Source of the DNA: Oscillospiraceae bacterium
GTDB lineage: Bacteria > Bacillota > Clostridia > Oscillospirales > Ruminococcaceae
Direction: 5' to 3'
NCBI GenBank assembly: GCA_014858325.1
Contig: RKCM01000119.1
Coordinates: forward strand, 1 to 55,430
DNA: 55,430 bases
Shown here: positions 17,277-26,101 of the stretch, piece by piece
How the letters are laid out: every line of letters begins with the position of its first letter
Position numbering within the stretch: the stretch's first letter is position 1
The notes under the pieces: model-generated
The model's input: the letters and a program-made list of their open reading frames with translations, nothing else
The model's database searches: none
What the model was told of the DNA's origin: nothing
Translations under genes and position numbers: made by a program

Positions 17277-17343
17277 TTAAAGCTTGTTAGGCGGAATCTG
17301 AATATCAATCTATCGTAAAAATTTCAAAATGGAGGTGAAAACT

Positions 17344-17766
17344 ATGGGAATCGAAAGTTATTCCCTCGCCAAGGACGGCGAGAAGAAACTGAGTGCCAAC
17401 TTTAGGGTGCGAGAGTTTGCCTGCGGTGACGGCAGCGACGCCGTGCTGATCGACGAGGAGCTGGTCATCGTTTTGCAGTGCATCCGGGAGCACTTCGGCA
17501 AGCCCCTGCACATCACCAGCGGCTACCGCACCGCCAGCCACAACGCCGCCGTCGGCGGCAGCAAGAGCAGCCAGCACCTGCTGGGCCGGGCGGCAGACTT
17601 TTGGGTGGAGGGCGTGGACGTGGCCACCGTGGCCGCTTACGCTGAAGCCCTGCTGCCCACCCACGGCGGCGTAGGCCGCTACCCGAGAGACGCCAAGCAC
17701 CTGAACCGCAAAACGGGCTGGGTGCATGTGGACACCCGTGCCAACAAAAGTCGCTGGACGCTGTGA
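17344..17766 (+). CDS. Endolysin, peptidase M15A family
   Basis: SGYR...N..VGG...SQH..G.AADF...WVHVD Zn-peptidase motifs; GGAGG RBS. Confidence 0.9.
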   Translation: MGIESYSLAKDGEKKLSANFRVREFACGDGSDAVLIDEELVIVLQCIREHFGKPLHITSGYRTASHNAAVGGSKSSQHLLGRAADFWVEGVDVATVAAYAEALLPTHGGVGRYPRDAKHLNRKTGWVHVDTRANKSRWTL

Positions 17767-17779
17767 GGGGGTGAGACCA

Positions 17780-18082
17780 ATGCAGCAGATTCTCTCGTAC
17801 ATCTCCGCGCACTGGACGGAGTGGTCCATCGGGCTGCTGGGCCTTGGCTGGGGCTACCTTGTCAAAAAGGTGACCGAGTACAAGACCATCAAAGATGGCC
17901 TGCTGGCCATCATGCACGACCGCCTGTACCAGTCCTGCACCTTCTACATCAAGCAGGGCAGCATTGACACTGGCGGCCTGAAAAACCTCGAATACCTTTA
18001 CAAAAGCTATCACGCACTGGGTGGCAACGGCACGGGCACGGAGCTCTATAACCGCGCCAAAGCCCTGCCCATCCAGGACTAA
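17780..18082 (+). CDS. Phage lysis-module membrane protein (holin-like, one N-terminal TM)
   Basis: N-terminal hydrophobic helix, DRLYQ..Y..LGGNG motif; lies between endolysin and holin. Confidence 0.65.
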   Translation: MQQILSYISAHWTEWSIGLLGLGWGYLVKKVTEYKTIKDGLLAIMHDRLYQSCTFYIKQGSIDTGGLKNLEYLYKSYHALGGNGTGTELYNRAKALPIQD

Positions 18083-18097
18083 AGAAAGGACAAGACC

Positions 18098-18361
18098 ATG
18101 AACGCACACATCCATACCCCTAAGAACATCTCCGCCGCCACCGTGGCCCGCACGGCGGTGCTGGGCCTTGCGCTGACCAACCAGCTGCTGAGTGCAGCAG
18201 GCAAGCCCGTGCTGCCCATTGAGTCCACCCAGGTGGAGCAGCTGGTGAGCGCAGGCTTCACCATCGGTGCCGCGCTGGCCAGCTGGTGGTACAACAACAG
18301 CTTCACTCAGGCTGCCATCAAGGCCGATGAAGAGTTCGAGCGGCAGAAGAAGCGGGTATGA
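18098..18361 (+). CDS. Phage holin, SPP1 family
   Basis: T.ART.VL.LAL.NQ.L...GK..LPI and WWYNNSFT..A..AD motifs. Confidence 0.9.
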   Translation: MNAHIHTPKNISAATVARTAVLGLALTNQLLSAAGKPVLPIESTQVEQLVSAGFTIGAALASWWYNNSFTQAAIKADEEFERQKKRV

Positions 18362-18403
18362 TAAGGCTCCCACGCTGTACAACAGAACAGAATAACGGAC
18401 AAG

Positions 18404-18446
18404 CGCCCCCTCGCTGCGGATGATCTCCGGCGAGGGGGCGTTTTTT
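18404..18446 (+). terminator. Intrinsic terminator of the phage late operon
   Basis: CGCCCCCTCGC/GCGAGGGGGCG stem followed by TTTTTT. Confidence 0.85.
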
Positions 18447-18470
18447 GCGCCACCTCTTGCGCCACCTCTT
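18445..18470. repeat. Tandem 12-bp direct repeat TTGCGCCACCTC x2, candidate integrase arm-type sites
   Basis: Exact tandem duplication ~120 bp from the tRNA 3' end. Confidence 0.6.
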
Positions 18471-18542
18471 CAAGGAAAGAAAAGAAAAAACGGAGTAATT
18501 AAGGCACTTTTGCGAGGAAAAGCGTGCTTAGCCGGACAAACA

Positions 18543-18587
18543 AAACTCCCCGAAAACTGGCTTGGAAAGCCAACTTTCGGGGAGTTT
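18543..18587 (-). terminator. Hairpin terminator 3' of tRNA-Thr
   Basis: AAACTCCCCGAAA...TTTCGGGGAGTTT inverted repeat, T-rich on the minus strand. Confidence 0.75.
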
Positions 18588-18591
18588 GATG

Positions 18592-18667
18592 TGGAGCTAC
18601 TGATCCGATTCGAACGGACGACCTGCTCATTACGAGTGAGCTGCTCTACCGGCTGAGCCACAGTAGC
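18592..18667 (-). tRNA. tRNA-Thr(CGT), probable prophage attachment site
   Basis: GCTACTG/CAGTAGC acceptor stem, anticodon arm GCTCA-CT CGT AA-TGAGC, GTTCGAATC T-loop, encoded CCA; 76 nt. Confidence 0.97.
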
Positions 18668-18693
18668 ACATTGCATTGGCTGCAACGTTAAAT

Positions 18694-18722
18694 AGTTTAT
18701 CATAAAAGGAAGAAGCTGTCAA
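18694..18722 (-). promoter_or_regulatory. sigmaA promoter of tRNA-Thr
   Basis: TTGACA-17 nt-TAAACT with TGn extension. Confidence 0.8.
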
Positions 18723-18923
18723 GGTCGATTTGCGACTTTTCCGATACGGAAATAAGAATGCGTCATTTGTACATAGCTGGAACAATTGCGCTCCCGCAGC
18801 AGACATCTATGGAAAAACCGCCGGAAGAGACTATATTATTTTGTGCAATTTTCATAGTTTTCTAAATGTGCTTTTGGTGGTACAATAAGAGTGGATACCA
18901 AGCAAATCGTCAGGAGGAACCCT

Positions 18924-19886
18924 ATGGCAGAAAAAAGCATCGAACTGGACAGTGTGGAAATCGCTGCGGCGGTATTTGGCAACTGCGACCGCAACATTCG
19001 TCTACTGGAAAAGGAGTTCTCCGTTACGGCGGTCTGCCGTGGGACAGAGCTTCGTCTCTCAGGTGAGGCGGCCAACGTGGCGGCAGCGGCGCGGGCCGTG
19101 GAGGGAATGCTGCTCCTGATCGAAAATCACACCCCGCTGGAAGACCAGACGGTCAGCTATTGCATCAGCCTGGCCCACGACGGCGAGGAAAAGCGGGTGA
19201 AGGAGCTGACCGAAGATTTTGTTACGGTCACGGTCAAAGGGCGTCCCATCCGCCCCAAAACGCTGGGGCAGAAGGAATACCTCAATGCCATCCGCAAAAA
19301 CGCCATCACCTTTGGTGTCGGCCCGGCGGGCACAGGCAAGACCTATCTGGCTGTTGCTATGGCGGTGAAGGCTTTTAAGGCAAAAGATGTCTCCCGCATC
19401 GTGCTGACCCGCCCGGCGGTGGAAGCAGGGGAGAAGCTGGGCTTTCTGCCCGGCGACCTGCAGCAGAAGGTTGACCCCTATCTGCGGCCCCTCTACGACG
19501 GTCTGTTTGATATGCTGGGGGCGGAGACCTACGAGCGTCTGGTGGAAAAACAGATCATCGAGGTGGCTCCGCTGGCCTATATGCGCGGCCGTACGCTGGA
19601 CGATTCTTTCATTATTCTGGATGAGGCGCAGAACACCACGCCCGAGCAGATGAAGATGTTCCTTACCCGCATGGGCGTGGGCTCCAAAGTGGTCGTGACG
19701 GGCGATGTGACGCAGATCGATCTGCCGGACCGTACACGCAGCGGCCTTGTGGACGCGCTGCAAGTGCTGAAAGGCGTGGGCGGCATTGCCCAATGTTATT
19801 TTACTGAAAAAGATGTCGTGCGCCATCGTCTGGTGCAGGAGATCATCAAAGCCTATGAGGCGGCGGCCCATCCGGCTAAGCGCTGA
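18924..19886 (+). CDS. phoH: PhoH-family ATPase
   Basis: GPAGTGKT Walker A, RPAVEAGEKLGFLPGDL, YMRGRTL, DEAQN. Confidence 0.95.
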   Translation: MAEKSIELDSVEIAAAVFGNCDRNIRLLEKEFSVTAVCRGTELRLSGEAANVAAAARAVEGMLLLIENHTPLEDQTVSYCISLAHDGEEKRVKELTEDFVTVTVKGRPIRPKTLGQKEYLNAIRKNAITFGVGPAGTGKTYLAVAMAVKAFKAKDVSRIVLTRPAVEAGEKLGFLPGDLQQKVDPYLRPLYDGLFDMLGAETYERLVEKQIIEVAPLAYMRGRTLDDSFIILDEAQNTTPEQMKMFLTRMGVGSKVVVTGDVTQIDLPDRTRSGLVDALQVLKGVGGIAQCYFTEKDVVRHRLVQEIIKAYEAAAHPAKR

Positions 19887-19933
19887 GCGCTCCTCAAGGA
19901 CAGGCAGTATAAAAAGAAAGGAGAGGACGATTT

Positions 19934-20425
19934 ATGTCCAATAAAGTTTTGATCACCAACTCCCAGAAAGCCATCAAGGTCCCCTCTGGGCTTCGTATTT
20001 TGATTCGCCGTGCCTGCAACGCAGTGCTGGAGTACGAGCATTTCGATGCTCCGGCTGAGATCAGCGTAACCTTCGTGGATAACGCGGCCATTGCAGAGCT
20101 GAACAACCAGTACCGTAACAAGCCTATGCCGACGGATGTGCTGAGCTTCCCTCTGGGGGAAAACGGGGTATACGATGTAGATGAAAACAACGGCTGCAAG
20201 ATGCTGGGTGACATCGTCATCAGCATGGAGCGGGCACAGGAACAGGCGACACTTTACGGCCATCCGCTGCAGCGGGAAGTGGCTTTCCTGACCGTGCACT
20301 CCATGCTGCACCTGTTGGGCTACGACCACGAGAACGGCGGTCTGGAGGCCATGCGGATGCGCGAAAAGGAAGAGGCTGTACTGACACAGCTTGGCCTGCC
20401 CCGCACCGTCAGCTACACCGAATGA
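19934..20425 (+). CDS. ybeY: rRNA maturation endoribonuclease YbeY
   Basis: TDVLSFP, LGDIVIS, HSMLHLLGYDH. Confidence 0.95.
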   Translation: MSNKVLITNSQKAIKVPSGLRILIRRACNAVLEYEHFDAPAEISVTFVDNAAIAELNNQYRNKPMPTDVLSFPLGENGVYDVDENNGCKMLGDIVISMERAQEQATLYGHPLQREVAFLTVHSMLHLLGYDHENGGLEAMRMREKEEAVLTQLGLPRTVSYTE

Positions 20426-20447
20426 CTCAACGCGAAAAACAAGGAGC

Positions 20448-21392
20448 ATGATCTTGAAAAACGAATCCCAGAACCAGAATCACTGCGATACCTCGTCGGT
20501 CTTTGTGGCCGTCATTGGACGTCCCAATGTGGGCAAGTCCAGCCTGACGAATCTTCTGGTGGGCGAGAAGGTAGCCATCGTTACCTCCAAGCCCCAGACT
20601 ACCCGCACCCGCATCACAGGCGTCATCACCCGAGGACCGCTGCAGTATGTGCTGCTGGATACCCCCGGTGTGCACAAGGCACATAATAAGTTGGGAAAAC
20701 GGATGGACAAGACCGCCAGCGACTCCATCGCTGATGTGGACGTGTCCATGATGCTGTTTGAGCCCTACGGGGCGCTGAACGAACCCGAGATGGTGCTGGT
20801 GGAGGCGCTGAAGAAGAGCGGAGGTCCGGCCATTGCGGTCATCAACAAGACCGACCTCGTGAAAGATGCCGCCGATCTGGATGCCCGCAAGGCAGAGCTG
20901 AAGGCGCTGGGCGTTTTTGACGACGTCTACACGGTCAGCGTCCGCGAAAATGACCATTGCGAAGAGCTGTTTGATGCCCTGAGCCGCTATGCGGTGGAAG
21001 GTCCCCATTACTTTGACGACGATGCCTATACCGATATGCCTGAGAAAGAGCTGGTAGCGGAGGTCATCCGGGAAAAGGCGCTGCTCTTCATGCGGGACGA
21101 GATCCCCCATGGCATTGCAGTGGTGGTGGAACGCTTTAAGGAGCGCCCCGGCACGGATCTTGTGGACATCGACGTTAACATCTACTGCGAGCGGGAGAGC
21201 CACAAGGGCATGGTCATTGGCAAGGGCGGTGCGATGCTGAAGAAGATCGCCAGTGCGGCCCGCACCGATTGCGAAGAATTTCTGGGCTGCCGTGTCAATC
21301 TGCAGTGCTGGGTCAAAGTTAAGGCAGACTGGCGTGACAACGAGTTTTTGCTGAACAACTTTGGCTTTAAGCAGAACCCCGCCAATCGCTGA
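20448..21392 (+). CDS. era: GTPase Era (start at ATG 20448 or TTG 20454)
   Basis: GRPNVGKS, PQTTR, DTPG, NKTD, KH domain VIGKGG. Confidence 0.95.
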   Translation: MILKNESQNQNHCDTSSVFVAVIGRPNVGKSSLTNLLVGEKVAIVTSKPQTTRTRITGVITRGPLQYVLLDTPGVHKAHNKLGKRMDKTASDSIADVDVSMMLFEPYGALNEPEMVLVEALKKSGGPAIAVINKTDLVKDAADLDARKAELKALGVFDDVYTVSVRENDHCEELFDALSRYAVEGPHYFDDDAYTDMPEKELVAEVIREKALLFMRDEIPHGIAVVVERFKERPGTDLVDIDVNIYCERESHKGMVIGKGGAMLKKIASAARTDCEEFLGCRVNLQCWVKVKADWRDNEFLLNNFGFKQNPANR

Positions 21393-21425
21393 ACTTTCTG
21401 ATCTCTCCGAAAGGAGGGTGTCCCC

Positions 21426-22172
21426 ATGGAACCCATTGTAACACCGGGTCTTGTGCTCAAGGAGACGCGGTATAAAGAATCGGATCGCATCCTCACGATC
21501 TTAACGCCGGGGCTGGGCGTCATTTCCGCCTCAGCGCAGAGCAGCCTGCGGCTGAAAAACAAATTGTTCAGCGCCTGCGGGCTTTTTTGCTATTCAGAAT
21601 TCATTCTGCTGCCGGGCCGGAATATGTACACCGTGCGGGAAGCGTCCAGCAAGAACGTCTTCCACGGCATTTCGTCCTCCATTGAGGGGATGAGCCTTGC
21701 CATGTATCTGGCTGAGATGGCGGCGGCGCTTTCACCCACCGGCGAAGAAGCGGAAAAAGAGCTGCGCCTGCTGCTGAACTGCCTCTATATGATCAGCGAG
21801 AAAAAGACGGACCTGCGGGTGGTGAAAGCCGTGTTTGAACTGCGCACCATGAGCGAGTGCGGCTTTTTGCCCCAGTTGGTCTGCTGCCGGGATTGCGGCG
21901 TCTACGATGGGCCGGCGTTTTATCTTGATCCGTTGGAAGGCTGTCTGCTTTGCGCCGACTGCGCCCAAAAAGCAGGCAAAGCACCGAATCTGGATGCAGG
22001 GGCACTGTTCGCTTTGCGGCACATCTGCCTGGTAGAGGATAAGCGGATCTTCGCATTCAAAATCTCGGTGGGTAGTTTGAACAAGCTGGCTGCTGTGGCC
22101 GAACGATACGCCTTGACCCATCTGGATAAACCGCTGAAAAGCTATGATTTTTTGAAATCGGTCCTACCGTGA
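21426..22172 (+). CDS. recO: DNA repair protein RecO
   Basis: E.DRILTILT..LG OB fold; CxxC..CxxC zinc finger; follows era. Confidence 0.9.
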   Translation: MEPIVTPGLVLKETRYKESDRILTILTPGLGVISASAQSSLRLKNKLFSACGLFCYSEFILLPGRNMYTVREASSKNVFHGISSSIEGMSLAMYLAEMAAALSPTGEEAEKELRLLLNCLYMISEKKTDLRVVKAVFELRTMSECGFLPQLVCCRDCGVYDGPAFYLDPLEGCLLCADCAQKAGKAPNLDAGALFALRHICLVEDKRIFAFKISVGSLNKLAAVAERYALTHLDKPLKSYDFLKSVLP

Positions 22173-22203
22173 CCGAACCCAAGATAAAAAGGATACCAAA
22201 ACT

Positions 22204-24618
22204 ATGGAAACAAGCTATTTGAAAACGCTGGAGCTTGATAAGATCATTGCCCGCGCTGCTGAGGGCTGTGTTTGCAAGGAAGCACGGACGATGCTGCTGG
22301 AACTGGAACCTCAGTGTGACCCGGATGAGGTGCGCTACGCGCTGGAGCAGACCGACGCCATCAATACGCTCCTCATCAAAAACGGTTCCCCCCGTTTCGG
22401 CGGCGTGGAAGGAGTCAGCCAGCTGACCGCTCGCGCCGTCAAGGGCGGCGTCCTCTCCATGGGGGAGCTGCTGATGGTAGCAGGTGCGCTGCGCAATTTT
22501 CAAAACCTGAGCAGCTGGTATGGCTCTTCCGACCATGACGCTTTGCCTACGGACGATCTGTTCTATGCACTGGCTCCGCAGCCCAGCCTGGAACAGCAGA
22601 TCTCCAGCGCCATTCTGGCCCCGGACGCCATGGCCGACACGGCTTCCCATACTTTGAATGAACTGCGCAAAAAGATCCACGCTACGGAAAACAGCATCCG
22701 CGACCGTCTGGAAAGCATGGTGCGGAACATGGACACCTCCAAATATCTGCAGGAGAGCGTGGTTTCCATCCGCAATGGCCGTTATGTCGTGCCTGTTAAG
22801 AGCGAGTACCGCGGCGAGGTGAGCGGCATCATCCATGACGTGTCCTCTACGGGTGCGACCGTCTTCGTGGAACCCCAGGCCGTTGTGGAGGCCAACGCCC
22901 GCATTCTGCAGTATCGAGCACAGGAAGCACAGGAGATCGAGCGCATTCTTGTGGCCTTTACTGCACAGGTGGCCGCCATTGAGCCTCAGTTCCAGTATAG
23001 CTACAAGGCCATGCTGGAGATCGACGTGCTGCTGGCAAAAGCCCGTCTGGCATTGGACATGAAAGCCTTCAAGCCTGCTGTCCGCACCGACAGCTCGTTC
23101 TCTCTCATCCGGGCTCGCCACCCGCTCATCGATGCAAAAAAATGCGTGCCTGTGGATATTGCGCTGGGACGAGACTACGATTCCCTCATCATCACCGGCC
23201 CTAACACCGGCGGCAAGACCGTCACCTTGAAAACAGCGGGCCTGCTGTGTGCGATGGCCCAGTGCGGTTTCCTTATCCCCGCCGACGAGCGGAGCGAAAT
23301 CTGCGTATTTGATGAATTTCTGGTGGACATCGGTGACGAGCAGAGCATTGAACAGAGCCTGTCCACTTTCTCCGGCCACATGAAGAAGATCACCGGCATT
23401 TTGGAACTGGCTATGCCCCGCACGCTGGTGCTGCTGGACGAATTGGGTGCCGGTACCGACCCCGCTGAGGGTGCTGCACTGGCCGTTGCCATCATCGAAG
23501 AGCTGCGCCGCCGCGGTGTGCTGCTGATGGCGACCACCCACTATGCCGAGCTAAAGGTGTTTGCCCTTGAGACCCCGGGCGTCGTCAACGCCAGCTGCGA
23601 ATTTGATTTGGAGACTCTGCGCCCCACCTATAAGCTCAGCGTGGGCGTACCGGGCAAGTCCAACGCCTTCCTCATCAGCGAGAAATTGGGCATCCCCGAA
23701 CGGGTCATTGAAGCAGCGCAGCAGCACCTTTCTGCCGAGGATAAGCGTTTGGATGCGGTTTTGGGCCAGCTGGACGATTTGAAGCTGCAGCTCAAGGCCA
23801 GCCAGAACGAGGTGGAAGAGCTGAAGAATGAGGCTGCCCACCAGCTGGATGCCGCCCGGAAAAAGCGTGACGAGCTCATCCAGCAGGGTGAAAACGAACT
23901 GGAAGCGGCCCGTGCCAAGGCCCGCACGCTGGCACAGGAAGTCGAAAGCAAAGCGTATGCCCTGACGGATGAGCTGCGTCAGCTGCAGAAGGACGAGCGG
24001 ATGAGCGCCCAGCAGAAGGCGCAGCGCGCCCGCGAGATCGCCAAAAAAGAATCCGAGAAGCTGCTTGTGGGCTCCGAAGTGGTGCACAACCCCATCAAAG
24101 AGTTTGTGCCGCTGAAGGAAGTTAAGGTGGGGCAGGAGGTCTGCATTGCCGAGCTGAACCAGCTGGCCACCGTGCTGTCGCTGCCGGACAAAAACGGGGA
24201 GGTGCTGGTACGGGCGGGCATCATCAAGACAAAAGTGCCTCTCAAGGGCCTCAAGCAGCCCGAAAAGCTGGTCAAAGAGGTGAAAAAGCCTCAGACCAAG
24301 GCCCAGCAGCGGTATTCCCGCCTGACGGGCGACGCCAACCGCCCCAATGGCCGGGTCGAGCGGGTACAGCGCAGCGCGAAGATGGAGCTGAATCTGCTGG
24401 GCTTTACGGTGGACGAGGCGTTGCCCGAGGTGGATTCCTTTATCGACCGTGCCGTCCTGAACGGCCAAACCGTCGTTTACCTCATCCATGGCAACGGCAC
24501 CGGGGCCCTGCGCACCGCCATCCACAAGCATCTGCGCGGCAATCGCATGGTCAAGAGCTTCCGTTTGGGCCGCTACGGCGAGGGCGAAAGCGGCGTGACC
24601 GTCGTGGAGCTCAAGTAA
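22204..24618 (+). CDS. mutS2: Endonuclease MutS2
   Basis: ITGPNTGGKT, DELGAGTDP, C-terminal Smr domain IHGNGTGALR. Confidence 0.95.
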   Translation: METSYLKTLELDKIIARAAEGCVCKEARTMLLELEPQCDPDEVRYALEQTDAINTLLIKNGSPRFGGVEGVSQLTARAVKGGVLSMGELLMVAGALRNFQNLSSWYGSSDHDALPTDDLFYALAPQPSLEQQISSAILAPDAMADTASHTLNELRKKIHATENSIRDRLESMVRNMDTSKYLQESVVSIRNGRYVVPVKSEYRGEVSGIIHDVSSTGATVFVEPQAVVEANARILQYRAQEAQEIERILVAFTAQVAAIEPQFQYSYKAMLEIDVLLAKARLALDMKAFKPAVRTDSSFSLIRARHPLIDAKKCVPVDIALGRDYDSLIITGPNTGGKTVTLKTAGLLCAMAQCGFLIPADERSEICVFDEFLVDIGDEQSIEQSLSTFSGHMKKITGILELAMPRTLVLLDELGAGTDPAEGAALAVAIIEELRRRGVLLMATTHYAELKVFALETPGVVNASCEFDLETLRPTYKLSVGVPGKSNAFLISEKLGIPERVIEAAQQHLSAEDKRLDAVLGQLDDLKLQLKASQNEVEELKNEAAHQLDAARKKRDELIQQGENELEAARAKARTLAQEVESKAYALTDELRQLQKDERMSAQQKAQRAREIAKKESEKLLVGSEVVHNPIKEFVPLKEVKVGQEVCIAELNQLATVLSLPDKNGEVLVRAGIIKTKVPLKGLKQPEKLVKEVKKPQTKAQQRYSRLTGDANRPNGRVERVQRSAKMELNLLGFTVDEALPEVDSFIDRAVLNGQTVVYLIHGNGTGALRTAIHKHLRGNRMVKSFRLGRYGEGESGVTVVELK

Positions 24619-24622
24619 GCCG

Positions 24623-25483
24623 ATGGCAAACAAAGGACGTTCCAAACACACTGCTGTGCGGAAAAAGCGGCGTAAGCGGTCGCTGGGCACCGTTGTGTCC
24701 CTGCTGGTCTGCCTGTTTTGCTTCAGCGCAGCATTTTTCCTCTGGAAAGCAGCGCTGGCTGGCCCCCATTGGGGCAGCAGCGGGGGAGACGAGGACGATT
24801 TTCGCCCCGTGGTGGGGGACCCGCCTTACCGCGTTGCGGTGGACGCCGGACATGGCGGCAGCGACCCGGGGGCAAGGGGAGTCGTGGAGGAAAAAGAGAT
24901 GACCGCTGCGACCTCTGCCGCATTGCTGGGCTGGCTGGAGGCTGATCCAAACTTCATTCCGTTGACCTCCCGCGACAGCTACGATACCACCGCCAAACCC
25001 AGCGAGCGTGCCCAGACCGTCAACGCGCAGTCGCCGGATCTGCTGCTTTCCATCCATGGCAACTCTGCACCCGATGGCTCTACGGCCTTTGGCTTTGAAT
25101 GCTATCCCAGTGTGCCGGGCCGCACCTGGCACAAAGAAAGCTACTACTTTGCGAAACTCTTGGCAAATGGAATGCTCGAAGCCGGGGCGCATCTGCGCGG
25201 ACATGGGGGAGTGCGGTACATTTATTATCAGGGAGAGGCAAAGCAGCTGGTGGAGTCCACCCATGCCGAAGTGCGGGCTGAACGAAGCTTCACACTGCTG
25301 GAAGATGTAAATTGTCCGGCTGTGCTGGCAGAACAGTGCTTTGTGACCAGTGCGGAGGATGTGGCGCAGTTTGGCAGCGAAGAGGGCTGTAGGAAAACGG
25401 CCCGCGTGTACTACGAAGCCATCTGCTATTATTTTGGAACCGAACCACTGGCAGAAGCGCTCATAAACCAGAACGCGAACTGA
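24623..25483 (+). CDS. N-acetylmuramoyl-L-alanine amidase (Amidase_3), N-terminal TM anchor
   Basis: DAGHGGSDPGA, E, SIHGN, PAVLAE motifs. Confidence 0.9.
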   Translation: MANKGRSKHTAVRKKRRKRSLGTVVSLLVCLFCFSAAFFLWKAALAGPHWGSSGGDEDDFRPVVGDPPYRVAVDAGHGGSDPGARGVVEEKEMTAATSAALLGWLEADPNFIPLTSRDSYDTTAKPSERAQTVNAQSPDLLLSIHGNSAPDGSTAFGFECYPSVPGRTWHKESYYFAKLLANGMLEAGAHLRGHGGVRYIYYQGEAKQLVESTHAEVRAERSFTLLEDVNCPAVLAEQCFVTSAEDVAQFGSEEGCRKTARVYYEAICYYFGTEPLAEALINQNAN

Positions 25484-25498
25484 TACTTGCTTATAATA

Positions 25499-25562
25499 AA
25501 CAAAGATCCCGGAGCGCCATTGGACAGTGATGTGCAAGGCGTTTCCGGGATCTTTGTTTTTG
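25499..25562. terminator. Bidirectional terminator-like hairpin
   Basis: AACAAAGATCCCGG...CCGGGATCTTTGTT inverted repeat followed by T-tract. Confidence 0.7.
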
Positions 25563-25677
25563 TGCACACGGGGGAGAGTACAAATCCGAAGGATCAAAGA
25601 TGACCTACAGCAGAGACAAGATCGCAGCCGTGGAGAAAAGCAGGAAGAAGGGAGTGCCCTGTTTTGGATTTGATAAA

Positions 25678-25705
25678 GTTTCGTATAATGCACGTTATAC
25701 GAATA
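25678..25705. other. Candidate chromosome dimer-resolution (dif-like) site
   Basis: GTTTCGTATAA-TGCACG-TTATACGAATA: 11-6-11 layout with a 9-bp perfect inverted repeat; ~400 bp from the xer gene, at the gene-orientation switch. Confidence 0.75.
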
Positions 25706-26101
25706 TTAGGGGAGCGAAAAAGCCTTCTTTTCCAGATTTTATGCCTTTTGGCATCTACGGCATCCATTTGGGCCTGCCGGGCTTGTGGAATGCGCTTTTT
25801 ACGGTATGCCTGCATTTCGTGTGTTTTTTGGTTAGAGTCGCCCTGTGATGCGCAAAACTTTTTCCAGCTCCAGCGTCCAGCTTTTTGCACTGCGGTTTGG
25901 GTGCGGGCATACTCACTACCAGCGTTCTGTGATGCTTTGCATTTGCGATGGCGTCTGTCTCGTAGTACCACAGGTTCGTCTGCGCATTGGGATTTGTCCA
26001 TGGTGTGGTGTCTCCGCAGATGGTATCATGGATACTCTGCGTGTTTTTCCTGCCAGCAGGTGCGCCACTCAGTCATGAGCGCGGCTTCGTCGGCCTGCAA
26101 T

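Larger units (their letters stand above)
1..18590 (+). mobile_element. Right-hand part of an integrated prophage (structural/ejection, tail fibre and lysis modules), podovirus-like
   Basis: 12 co-oriented genes including endolysin, holins, tail fibre and a giant polyvalent protein; no tape-measure gene visible; ends at the 3' end of tRNA-Thr; left end and integrase lie outside the window. Confidence 0.9.

Noticed and set aside
14104..17335. CRISPR array or invertase shufflon
   Set aside because: Repeats are few, separated by whole genes and all in direct orientation; no cas or invertase gene nearby
25675..25708. Engineered loxP scar or vector contamination
   Set aside because: Ten mismatches to loxP, no vector sequence around it, and a natural context next to a Xer gene
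25594..26078. Overlapping short ORFs between the amidase and xer genes
   Set aside because: Mutually overlapping, atypical codon usage, no motifs; the region is better explained as the dif-containing intergenic gap
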